This document shows positions 1 through 12,900 of a DNA stretch of 64,000 bases, one piece after another. The notes below the pieces were generated by a model that was not told the DNA's origin, ran no database searches, and worked only from the letters and a program-made list of their open reading frames with translations. Source of the DNA: Ascidiella aspersa (lineage: Eukaryota); contig OZ004614.1 in NCBI GenBank assembly GCA_963924565.1, positions 8,556,001 through 8,620,000 on the forward strand. Direction: 5' to 3'. How positions within the stretch are numbered: the first letter of the stretch is position 1; each line of letters starts with the position of its first letter. Both the position numbers and the translations under genes were made by a program.

Positions 1-177
1 GTAAAGTATTATATTGATCGTTGTATAACATCATATTGTCTTCACATTCGTTTCGATAAGCTGTCAATCTAATTTTAGGTTGTCTAACATACATTCACTA
101 TGGGAATTTATGGATTAATTAATTCACCAGGTTATGTCACCAGGAAAAATTCAACTTTCTGCACCAATACTTTAAAT

Positions 178-365
178 CAGGGGTCGGCAACCTTTTCTTG
201 TCACGGGTAACAATCAAACTTAGAAAGGTCTCTGTGGGCCGTTTTTATAATATTTATTTTATGTAAAGCTCAGCGCCCCCCCAAATTAGAAACAGACCCA
301 AAACGACCCCTTGTAACTCGCCAACGCCCACAAGGGGGCGGTACCGCCCACGTTGGGAACCTCTG
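178..365. mobile_element. Short hAT-type MITE (chimeric or internally deleted)
   Basis: Left end CAGGGGTCGGCAACC (same as the 53855 element), right end GGGAACCTCTG; flanks ctttaaat/gtttaaat (7/8 TSD). Confidence 0.6.
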
Positions 366-2709
366 GTTTAAATTGACGATATCCGAAATTCATACTTATA
401 ACCGATCGCGATAATCTTTAAACACCTGTAGTTCGCACAGTTCAAATAGGGACTGGACGAAATTTTAGCAGGGCGTTTAAGCCAAGCGTTGGAGTACGGG
501 CATAAATAATATATAGATATTACTTGTTTATTATATTATTTGTAGATAATAAGGGTCCTATTGTATGAAAACCAACGGCATATTACAAACAAACAAAACC
601 AGATTTGCATATTAAAATGAACATTAAGTTATCTGAGGAACACTGTAGGATGCAAAAGTGTTGCCTGGAAAAACAATTGCTAATTCACCAGGCACCATCG
701 GTCGAGGATTTTTCCGAACAACCTTTCTGGCATGAGGTGTTTTATCGCCAAGAGAAAGGTGCTAAAATTTAAATATGATATACGATTTAATGCATAAGTT
801 TAACGCGTAAAACAACAAAATAGCATTCTTTATAGAAACTAACGCAGTAATTTATGAAATATATAATTGCATAGTTGATGTGTGGTAACTTAACGTCTTA
901 CTTCGTTTGAAGAATCCGAGTTTTTTCTCGATCTTTTGAAGGTCGAAACAAGGGCTCTGCAAGACAAACGGCCGCGTATGTCAGTTTTTAGGTTTATAAG
1001 GGTTCACCTACCGTATTTTTCAATACTTGTTAACAACGTCACTTGCCAAAAAAGATCGATGCAAAAATCATTTGATAATCTTAATATGCTACGTCACTGG
1101 CTGTGTCGTCAAGCTTGCTCACCTCGGGAGAAGGGGCTCCGGTAAGTTGGACTGCTGTCTCGACCAAGAGAGTTGACGCTAAATCACCATCAGCTTTCTG
1201 TTTGATGAAGTTTATAAAAGGTTTTAAAGAATATGAAAGATCGAATCATATTAACGCAGATGTGTTGCAGCACGACGAAAAATTATCCAGTAATGTGCGC
1301 CTCCGAAGGGAGAGTTTGTTGAAACGTGAATAGAGTGGACGCAAAATAACAAAAGCACATGTAATGAGGTTACCACTCATAAAATGCTGAGAATCACTAG
1401 CGTAAATTACTGTGGCAATGCATCACGTTTCCTTATAGGCTAAAATATTTTTCATTCAATCCAAATTTACTAATACGCGCAAGATGTATATTTATAATGT
1501 AGCATGCGGCTTAACTTACGTCGGAAAACAAAAGTCCGGAAGATTGGGAAACAATTTCGGCGGAAAATGGCAATGCAAAAGCAGCATCGGACAATTTCTG
1601 TTGAAAACACAAATAAGGCAACCACACTAATTAATTAATTATCATGAGCGCGGAAGCTTTACCCCAATTAACGTGGTTAAACAAAATGTAAGAAGTTTTT
1701 AAAACTGTCGCCCCTTGATCACTTTTAAATATTATGTTGTAGAATCCCTGTGTAGGTTTGCTGAATCACGTGTCACAATCTCTATAACTTATGTTCGCAA
1801 TTGGCCTGAAAAGTAATGCATGATTTTTTGGTCGGTTGATAGCTATTTTATCAGTTGCCCGGCCTAATATGAGCAAAAAAACAGTTGTAAATTTAGACTG
1901 AGTATGCGGTTGTTGTACATTTTGCCTGGGGGGTATAGTGCGGTACTACTGTATTTTACAATAGCGCAGTGCTGCTAAATTTTGTCAGAGTGGTATTAGG
2001 TAGTTAACTATATTCCTCCAACGGGTCTTGTTTGTCGTTTTCCATATGCTCCCAATAATATTTTCCGTTTCGATGATTTAGCAGGCAAATACGGACGTGG
2101 CCCGAAGTTGCGTGTCATTTTTGGGCATGGTGTTGCGACACAAAGAAGTTGCCAGTGGACTTTGTCAGAGAAGTTCATTAAAAATCTATTTATTTTTAAA
2201 TTTTTTAGCCACTATAAACCCCAAAAAATAGTTAAAATTCAATTTTGGCCTAGGTATTCGAACTGTGATCCATTATATAGCATTTACTAGTTGTGAACTG
2301 TGATCTATTGTATAGCATTTACTTTCAATGTAGCCGTGCAGTGCGACCTAATCATTTTTTCATTACTTGCAGATAACCTTTACCTGATCAAAATTGTGTG
2401 TCTATCAAATGTAATTGTGCTACAGACTAACGTGTAGTAATGCCAGGCACAGACATTCCGCCATTTCCTTAAATGCGTTAAGTTTTCAAATTTTCATATT
2501 ATCAGAAATAGCGCTATAGCCTCGGGCAAACTTTAGGTCAATGTCCTGGAACGTTTAGGATGAATTAGTATTTGGACAATGTTTTCGTTTGTTTTATTTG
2601 TACAGTTATCCATCACAATTTCTTGTGAAATAGCTTTAAACAGACGTTGTTTATTATTTGTAATATTATGTTGTATTACATATATTAGCAAACTGTGTTG
2701 TATTTAATT

Positions 2710-3210
2710 TAGGGTTCCTTTCCGGGAATGTTTCGACGGGAAATTCCCGGGATTTCCCGCAAAATTACGATCCCGAATCCCGGGAATTTTTTTTACAATC
2801 CCGGGTATTCGACAACATAGCGAAACTTAAAAAAATTGCCATTTTTGACTAATATAAAGAAAAATAATATTACCAAACCTGTTAAAGTTGTTGCCTGGGT
2901 TGCTTTATTTGCGCTTACCAGCGGAAAAATCCTAATTAAATTTATTTACCGATAAAATTGCACCTGCATGCGCGTTTTCTAAATAAAAGCAAATAATGGT
3001 CCAGCCTTTAATACGAAAAGGTCTTGTAAGATTGCAGAAGCAATACTACAGAACATAAATAAGCTTAAGTAAATATTTGGAGCTAATATAAAGTAATTTT
3101 AAACATCATGATGACGTAATTAGGACACGAAATTTTTTATTTCCCGGGAATTTTTATTTTGTAATCCCGTTTCCCGGGAGTGAAAAAATCCGGGAAAAAG
3201 AGGAACCCTA
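2710..3210. mobile_element. hAT-type MITE (its right part is duplicated at 6341-6711)
   Basis: TIR TAGGGTTCCT..AGGAACCCTA, perfect 8-bp TSD atttaatt, subterminal TTCCCGGGA repeats. Confidence 0.85.
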
Positions 3211-6200
3211 ATTTAATTGCTGTTTGCTGATTATAAACGGTATATTATGAGTATTTAACACCTTTGTTATGTCTTTTCTTGGCACATTAGCCGTGTTTCC
3301 ATTTTATTTGTAACCTCAACTATACAATATAATGAGTAGATTATATAGATTGTACCCAGTATTCTGCCTATGTTAGATAATTCTTATCACACACGACACA
3401 GGCCAAATCTTGTCTATTTGACTTTTTGAAAATTAATTTACTTCTATTTGGTGTTAATGTATTTTCTGGGTTTGCATTTCGTCTTACAAACGTGTTTATA
3501 CGGTGACCCGGTTGTTTTTTGGGCGTATAACTGATTTTTATGATTAGCTAAAACGAATAGAAGGCTTTAAGTCATACATGAAATATAATCCCCCTAGTCT
3601 GACCGGTACCGCTGTTTTGGCACCGGATTGTTTGCCCTGGTTGGGGTTCGAAATTGGGTTAGGGTTAAAATTATTAGGGGAGTTAGTAATGTACTTGGGG
3701 TGGTGGTTGGGATTAGGTAAAATGTTGTATAGGCCTGATTTTGGCCATTTGAAGTCTTATTCCGACGGGTTTAGGACTTATTCTCCGATTTAGACGGTAT
3801 TAGTACTATTAGGGTGTTACTCCTAGTTTGATCTTATTTCGAAGTGTGTTTTTTTAAGTTAATGTTGTTATTATAGTTCGGTCGTATGGCTATAAGTTTC
3901 TGATTGCTTGTAATATTTTGAACTTGGATAACTTAATTTAAGTAGATTACTTTAGTTTTATCGCCGTTGTAACAACAAAATTCCTTTTAAATCATTCAAT
4001 TAAGAATTCAAATATTATTTTGTTACCAAAAGTATCCACATATAGACCTATGATCCTTTGTGTATCAAGTTTTGGCCGATTCATATCACATTTTGCCAAA
4101 CGTGTAATTTTAAAATGTCCCAGTCAAGTCATTTTTAAAACAACTTGAGGCGAAGTCCAGTCTTTTTAAACAATAGCAAGTTAAGTCACAATTGGAGCAA
4201 GTCAAGTCCAGGTTAAAAAAAGTTACACGTTAAGTTAAGCTATTAAAATGGATAAACTCTTCCGATAATTAATGAGCAATAACTCAACTAAAAAAATCAA
4301 AAACGTACATTACAAAACGCAAATTGTTTTACGTAAAATAATTGGATTACATAACTCCATTTTACAACACAATTCTTAATGAAACACTGCATTTTGCTAT
4401 TTTGAAGTATAGCCCACTTCGATGTGCGCTATGTGTAGCCTACATATATGAATGTGTGCTGCAGCCTACCGAGAAATAGATTCATACCGGTATTTTTATG
4501 TATCTTAATTACCACACAACAAAGAAAATTTGGGTTTTTAGCATGCAAAATCAAGATAGTCCGGTAAACTTTGCACTCACTCCAAAAATTTGTTGATCTG
4601 GTCTTTAGCTGTCTCTACGAAAGAGTGTTAATCGCTTAAAAGACCCTATAACTGTATTAGTTGAATTGCCACGTGGTTAACGCTATATCAGAAACGACAG
4701 AACATTTAAGACCAGTTTCGCCACTTGACAACATACAATCAAGCCTGTGGGCAAAACGAGAATAAAGCGCTAAATGGAAAATCCCCATAATGACTGTTTC
4801 GCTTTGGAATGTTGTACAGCGCTACAGACAAACATATTTTGCTTCAGTTATTACTTTAAGGCACAATGTACAGGAAGGATTCATTTTTTGTGGAAATACT
4901 GCTCTTGATTTGTGTCTTCGCGCCTGGAACAAGCCAAGGTATATAGTTCTAATTGTGAACATTTATAAAAAATAACTAGGCCACATTTTATTACCTTAGT
5001 TTACTAATGGAAAAAATTATTTTTTATTAAATAAACACAATGTACGATGAAAATGGTTCTCAAATCATTAAATGGTTTTTATTGGCGCAATGTAACTCAA
5101 AGATTATATAATAAAGAGTTTAAAAATAGAAAAAAAAAATTGGGGCAAAAAGTGTTGATCACTGGTAATCCAAACGATTAATAAATTATTCGGAACGCAT
5201 TTTGTCCATTGTTTCCAACTGACCCAGTTGCATATGCGTGCGTGTGTGTGTTAGTGTGATGTATGTTTATTACCTACGTGCACACCAGTTTTGTATTTAG
5301 CACCAACCTACTTCATATTTTGTCAATCAAATGATTTGTGCAAACTTTACTTCAAACCTTTTTCATTTGATTTTACAGAAAAGTACAGTCAGTAAGTAGT
5401 CCAAACAAATGTTAGACATGCAACGTATAAACCAACACAGGTAGGCTACACTCGAGATTGCACAGCACGCAAAATATGCGACGTTAAAAGATTATCCAGC
5501 AAGTGATTAAACGTAATTAAACTCAGCGTCCAGACTAAAATACATTTTTCATCCACCCGAGGCCTTATTTTTTAACGTGTGTCGGCTACGATTCGTCATA
5601 TGTTGAAAATAGGCCCTGAAGTGTTTTCCTGTTTTTCGATGACGACTTTTTTCGCGTACTTTTGTTATTGAGTAAAAATGAATATCTGAAATAAGTAAAG
5701 GTTTCCGTTGCTGAGATAAAAAAATAAGACGAGCTAAAACTCAGCAAAGTGGCTATTTACTATCACTTTATCTGGCTTAAAACTATAAAATACAATGTCT
5801 ACATCAGCTATTAAGTGACCGCTCGGTTACACAACAGCCAAACACCCTACGACAATTTTTTTGAACTTTTTTTATAGTCCGCAACTTCGGGGATAGGCCC
5901 TACCGTAAATTTGATGCACATTTTTATTAAATTATAGGCTCTATAGTCAGGTATTCTTTCTATTACTGCTCACTCAATGTACTAAGCCGGAATAGAAAGT
6001 AATAATTTTATAAATTTATGTCAGATATTTTTTCGTCGGCACACAAGGCAACCTTATATAGTATAGCGCAGAGATTGGAAAACGCTGATTTATGCCATAG
6101 TTTTGTATTTCAAGTCATCTGCTATTTTTGGTTTGTCAATTCGTTTTCGTCATTCGTGGCAACTGGCAACTAGCAGCGTAAATTTATTGTTTGTTTCTGT

Positions 6201-9200
6201 CATGGGGCACTAGAAAAACGCCCACAGCGACTGACAGGCTAAAAATAGACATCTTTTACGCTATAAAGCACAGTAAACGTATTCGCGGTTTTCTATACCT
6301 TGTCTAAATAAAAAAAACGTCGCGCCCCCCAAATTAGAAACATTTTTGACTAATATAAAGAAAAATAATATTACCAAACCTGTTAAAGTTGTTGCCTGAG
6401 TTGCTTTATTTGCGCTTACCAGCGGAAAAATCCTAATTAAATTTATTTTACCGATAAAAATGCACCTGCATGCGCGTTTTCTAAATAAAAGCAAATAATG
6501 GTCCAGCCTTTAATACGAAAAGGTCTTGTAAGATTGCAGAAGCAATACTACAGAACATAATAAGCTTAAGTAAATATTTGGAGCTAATATAAAGTAATTT
6601 TAAACATCATGAGGACGTAATTAGGACACGAAATTTTTTATTTCCCGGGAATTTTTATTTTGTAATCCCGTTTCCCGGGAGTGAAAAAATCCGGGAAAAA
6701 GAGGAACCCTAATTTAATTGCTGTTTGCTGATTATAAACGGTATATTATGAGTATTTAACACCTTTGTTAAGTATTTTCTTGGCACATTAGCCGTGTTTC
6801 CATTTTATTTGTAACCTCAACTACACAATATAATGAGTAGGCTATACATTGTACCCAGTATTCTGCCTATGTTAGATAACTCTTATCACACACGACACAG
6901 GCCAAATCTTGTCTATTTGACTTTTTGAAAATTAATTTACTTCTATTTGGTGTTAATGTATTTTCTGGGTTTGCATTTCGTCTTACAAACGTGTTTATAC
7001 GGTGACCCGGTTGTTTTTTGGGCGTATAACTGATTTTTATGATTAGCTAAAACGAATAGAAGGCTTTAAGTCATACATGAAATATAATCCCCCTAGTCTG
7101 ACCGGTACCGCTGTTTTGGCACCGGATTGTTTGCCCTGGTTGGGGTTCGAAATTGGGTTAGGGTTAAAATTATTAGGGGAGTTAGTAATGTACTTGGGGT
7201 GGTGGTTGGGATTAGGTAAAATGTTGTATAGGCCTGATTTTGGCCATTTGAAGTCTTATTCCGACGGGTTTAGGACTTATTCTCCGATTTAGACGGTATT
7301 AGTACTATTAGGGTGTTACTCCTAGTTTGATCTTATTTCGAAGTGTGTTTTTTTAAGTTAATGTTTTTATTATAGTTCGGTCGTATGGCTATAAGTTTCT
7401 GATTGCTTGTAATATTTTGAACTTGGATAACTTAATTTAAGTAGATTACTTTAGTTTTATTACCGTTGTAACAACAAAATTCCTTTTAAATCATTCAATT
7501 AAGAATTCAAATATTATTTTGTTACCAAAAGTATCCACATAGACCTATGATCCTTTGTGTATCAAGTTTTGGCCGATTCATATCACATTTTGCCAAACGT
7601 GTAAATTTAAAATGTCCCAGTCAAGTCATTTTTAAAACAACTTAAGGCGAAGTCCAGTCTTTTTAAATAATAGCAAGTTAAGTCACAATTGGAGCAAGTC
7701 AAGTCCAGGTTAAAAAAAGTTACACGTAAAGTTAAGCTATTAAAATGGATAAACTCTTCCGATAATTAATGAGCAATAACTCAACTAAAAAAATCAAAAA
7801 CGTACAATACAAAACGCAAATTGTTTTACGTAAAATAATTGGATTACATAACTCCATTTTACAACACAATTCTTAATGAAACACTGCATTTTGCTATTTT
7901 GAAGTATAGCCCACTTCGATGTGCGCTATGTGTAGCCTACATATATGAATGTGTGCTGCAGCCTACCGAGAAATATATTCATACCGGTATTTTCATGAAT
8001 CTTAATTATCACACAACAAAGAAAATTTGGGTTTTTAGCTTGCAACATCAAGATAGTCCGGTAAACTTTGCACTCACTCCAAAAATTTGTTGATCTGGTC
8101 TTTAGCTGTCTCTACGAAAGAGTCTTAATCGCTCAAAAGACCCTATAACTGTATTAGTTGAATTGCCACGTGGTTAAAGCTATATCAGAAACGACAGTAC
8201 ATTTAAGACCGGCTTCGCCACTTGACAACATACAATCAAGCCTGTGGGCAAAACGACAATAAAGCGCTAAATGGAAAATCCCCATAATGACTGTTTCGCT
8301 TTGGAATGTTGTACAGCGCTACAGACAAACATATTTTGCTTCAGTTATTACTTTAAGGCACAATGTACAGGAAGGATTCATTTTTGTGGAAATACTGCTC
8401 TTAATTTGTGTCTTCGCGCCTGGAACAAGCCAAGGTTTATAGTTCTAATTGTAAACATTTTTAAAAAATAACTAGGCCACATTTTATTACCTTAGTTTAC
8501 TAATGGAAAAAATTATTTTTTATTAAATAAACACAATGTACGATGAAAATGGTTCTCAAATCATTAAATGGTTTTTATTGGCGCAATGTAACTCAAAGAT
8601 TATATAATAAAGAGTTTAAAAATAGAAAAAAAAATTGGAGCAAAAAAGTGTTGATCACTGGTAATCCAAACGATTAATAAATTATTCGGAACGCATTTTG
8701 TCTATTGTTTCCAACTGACCCAGTTGCATATGCGTGCGTGTGTGTGTTAGTGTGATGTATGTTTATTACCTACGTGCACACCAGTTTTGTATTTAGCACC
8801 AACCTACTTCATATTTTGTCAATCAAATGATTTGTGCAAACTTTACTTCAAACCTTTTTCATTTGATTTTACAGAAAAGTACAGTCAGTAAGTAGTCCAA
8901 ACAAATGTTAGACATGCAACGTATAAACCAACACAGGTAGGCTACACTCGAGATTGCACAGCACGCAAAATATGCGACGTTAAAAGATTATCCAGCAAGT
9001 GATTAAACGTAATTAAACTCAGCGTACAGACTAAAATACATTTTTCATCCACCCGAGGCCTTATTTGTTAACGTGCGTCGGCTATCGATTCGTCATATGT
9101 TGAAAATAGGCCCTGAAGTGTTTTCCTGTTTTTCGATGACGACTTTTTTCGCGTACTTTTGTTATTGAGTAAAAATGAATATCTGAAATAAGTAAAGGTT

Positions 9201-9814
9201 TCCGTTGCTGAGATAAAAAAATAAGACGAGCTAAAACTCAGCAAAGTGGCTATTTACTATCACTTTATCTGGCTTAAAACTATAAAATACAATGTCTACA
9301 TCAGCTATTAAGTGACCGCTCGGTTACACAACAGCCAAACACCCTACGACAATTTTTTTGAACTTTTTTTATAGTCCGCAACTTCGGGGATAGGCCCTAC
9401 CGTAAATTTGATGCACATTTTTATTAAATTATAGGCTCTATAGTCAGGTATTCTTTCTATTACTGCTCACTCAATGTACTAAGCCGGAATAGAAAGTAAT
9501 AATTTTATAAATTTATGTCAGATATTTTTTCGTCGGCACACAAGGCAACCTTATATAGTATAGCGCAGAGATTGGAAAACGCTGATTTATGCCATAGTTT
9601 TGTATTTCAAGTCATCTGCTATTTTTGGTTTGTCAATTCGTTTTCGTCATTCGTGGCAACTGGCAACTAGCAGCGTAAATTTATTGTTTGTTTCTGTCAT
9701 GGGGCACTAGAAAAACGCCCACAGCGACTGGCAGGCTAAAAATAGACATCTTTTACGCTATAAAGCACAGTAAACGTATTCGCGGTTTTCTATTCCTTGT
9801 CTAAATAAAAAAAC
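2840..9814. repeat. Recent 3.5-kb direct tandem duplication (copy 1 ~2840-6318, copy 2 ~6341-9814)
   Basis: Identical 71-aa ORFs at 3578 and 7077 (offset 3499); the whole blocks align with only scattered SNPs and 1-bp indels. Confidence 0.97.
3598..3900 (+). mobile_element. Dispersed repeat family, probably a non-autonomous Helitron/Helentron (copies ~7097-7400 +, ~21045-21295 -, ~49965-50290 +, ~53000-53228 +)
   Basis: Shared gccgctgttttggcacc hairpin, GGTTAGG-rich segment, aggcctgattttggcca, tcttattccga repeats and ggctgga end; no TIR or TSD. The family assignment is inference. Confidence 0.6.
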
Positions 9815-9929
9815 CTCTCTACAAAGACTAAATTATATCGTAAAATGGGCCTAACCCTTTTTTCTTGATGCCGATTCAATAACGTTATCACATACTAAAT
9901 TTCTTAAACAGTTTATTTTTCGTTTCTAG

Positions 9930-12900
9930 CATTTGCGTCGGAGACCACCGCAACATTTGCAAAAGGTAAGTATAACCTATAGGCATAAAACCTTTTGAAC
10001 TGCATGGTGAATATGAGGCCAAGTTACTTTTAAACACTTTAGATGATAGTGTCTCATAGATGTGTTATATAAACAAATTTTGTTTTAATTTTTTTATGTT
10101 TGAATGAGGTGGTAATCAATTATTTTATATCCCCCGTCCAAATACATATAAACGTATACTTTCTGTAATTTCTATTATATACCTTAACACCCTTAGTAGA
10201 AATCCGACTTGTGTGTAACCATTCATATTAACCTTTAAATCCATAAAATAGCCGCCCACAATTAATTACCTCTAAAGTTGTTAAAAAATCGTTGATTACA
10301 ATTTGTCATTTTTAAATCAAAATAAATCTTTTGCAAATATAAAATCCAGGGCTAAAAAGGTAATATTGTTAAAAGCAATCACTAACTATCCCACGTTAAA
10401 TTTACATACACGTGTGTTTGTTCGTAACTGGCATCAGTCACTTCTCTGTATCATTGCTAGGGGTCATTTTTATTTTGACCTAAAAAAAATCTTTACCGTA
10501 TTTTTTATGAAAATTTGACTTTATTTTAACCTAACGAAATTGCCTATTTGTAGAGGCCACAACTCTTCCTTAAATAATGCCAGTTACCCAAACATAATAT
10601 TTTGTCGAAAAGTCAAGGTGTTTCACAACTTATAAAACGTAGGCCTACGTCGTATTTTTTGGCGATAAATTTAGCTTGCTTAGGCATTTTGTATTACAGA
10701 ATGTCAGTAGTTACTGCTGATCCAAGTGGGCATTGTGACATATTTCCTACTTTTATGGGTTTATATCAGTGATTCTCAACCGCGGCTCTCAGAGCCGCAT
10801 GCGGCTCTCAACTGTACATTTTGCGGCTCTCACTAACGGAGTAAAAAAAATTAGTTAGCAGTAGCAGAATTGCAACAAAGGAAGTAAAAGAAAATAAAAG
10901 TGAATGCATTTGATCAGCAAGGATCCTGAGTACGAAGTACTAATTGTTCCCGGGAAGTACTTATGTTCCCCGGTACTTCCGTCCGGGTCTTTAAAATAAT
11001 TTTGTGGTTTGTGACGTCATAATATATTTAGTCTTGATCGACAAGCTATGGCAATAAGAAATAGCTGTTTCAACAGTGATAATTAGTTAGCCTAGGCTAG
11101 CGTAATGTATTTTTGTTGTTTTCTAGTTGCTTTCTTAATGTTTTTTTAATTATATGCCTACTGTTGTTTTTATGCGGCTCCTTGCAAACCTTAGGTTTGA
11201 AATGCGGCTCTGGCTCTATAAAAGGTTGAGAATCACTGGGTTATATGGTTTAATTGTGTCGCAGTTCCTGATTTACAATGCTTCCGCGACGATTTTTACA
11301 AAATATACTCTCAAGAAACACAAAAACTTTGTCAAAAGCCATAATTTAACAAAATTTTGCTTTATTTAAATTTTTGACTTTATTGAAAATTTTGACTTTA
11401 CATTGACATATAAACTTCTTAGAAGCAGTCCCCTAGGTGATTTGTGGCAAACGAGGACCTTATAAAATTTTGGCTTTATTGACTTTTGTTGGCTTAATCA
11501 TTACAACACCGGATTTCGTTTAAAAGCTTCATTTCGATATCGTAAAACAAAATGTTGTATTCGTGTGTTTTTTACACTTTGTTGCAAATTACTTTTAATG
11601 ATTTACGTTTCTGCAAATGTGAAACAATGACCCGCGCACACCGTTCAAAAGTTTAAATAAACCATGGCGAGATTTGCGGGTTGAATGTGTGAACTATTTT
11701 CATAATTACGACTGATATTATACTAACTATGCAATAGCGTTAGAAGCATCAGCTTTGACTGTACCGTGATTAATTACAGTAGGCTATTTTGGTGCCACAT
11801 CCTTCGGGGCTGGGTTATTACAATTTTGTAACGCGGAAATTCTACTTTTGTTTTGATTGCGTGGACCATGGTCGGCATGAATTTTTTAGAGATGACGTCA
11901 TAAAACTAATAAACTTAACTCACCTACTGTTTTTGTTTTAAAAATTGTGAAATGGAATCCGGAGTAAAATAACATTTAAGAAGAACGCACCAAAGCGTTT
12001 TGTTTTAATAATATGTATTAATAAAAAAAAACAATTTTAAGTCATACACTAATATTTTAGTTAGGCCTTCATGGACCCCCTTAAACTAGTCCACGCACCC
12101 CCAACGGGTCCACGGACCCCGGTTTAGAACCCCTTACTTACTCTGTCCAAAACTCTATTTTAAATAATAAACAAAAGGTATAACATATCTTTTAACAGAT
12201 GTCGTCGAGCGCCTTCGAAGCAACTCTGCTAATTTGACAGGGAACGTGGAAAACTTTAACTACTACAAGTTACCCTCACCTTGGAGAATTTACCGAATAT
12301 GGAAGGCCGGGCGAAGAGATGGAAACCATGTGAGCACAAATCTCAGACGCTTATTTATCTCGGCTATCTAATAGTAAACCATAAGATTAAATTTTAAACA
12401 AAATTTTGATTATTTATATCGGTGGTGTTCAAATGGCGGATCTCGATCTGCCATTTGTCAACTTCTTGTGCGCATCGTCCAATTTAGTTTCAAAAAAACT
12501 TTTTGCATTATTTCAGATTCAATGCAATTGTGAGTAGATCTAAACCAACTCATTATAAATATTTCTCACTGAAACAATCTTGCATACTTCACTTTTAACT
12601 TTTACAAGGTTATTAATATGTTGTAGGGTACATTAATAAAGCACACTAAAAATACCATGTCCAATATATTTGCTATTGTGTTTAGCGGATCATCATGTTG
12701 TCAGGTTTGACTGTGGCGGATCTTGACAGAAACCATTTCAACACATCTGATCTATGTTATTAATTATTAACTTTTTTAATATCGTTACCGGTACCTCAAA
12801 CAATTTTTTTTTTTTGAAATACTCTTTTCAGTGATTGAACAACACTAGAATGGCCTAATAAGTTGTATTTCTTACCCAAAAATGTTAAACAATCCCATAG

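Noticed and set aside
3655-3720. Interstitial telomere (TTAGGG-like)
   Set aside because: Only isolated degenerate hexamers inside the Helitron-like repeat
3578-3793. 71-aa ORF present twice (also 7077-7292)
   Set aside because: Lies in a dispersed non-coding repeat; the identity is explained by the tandem duplication
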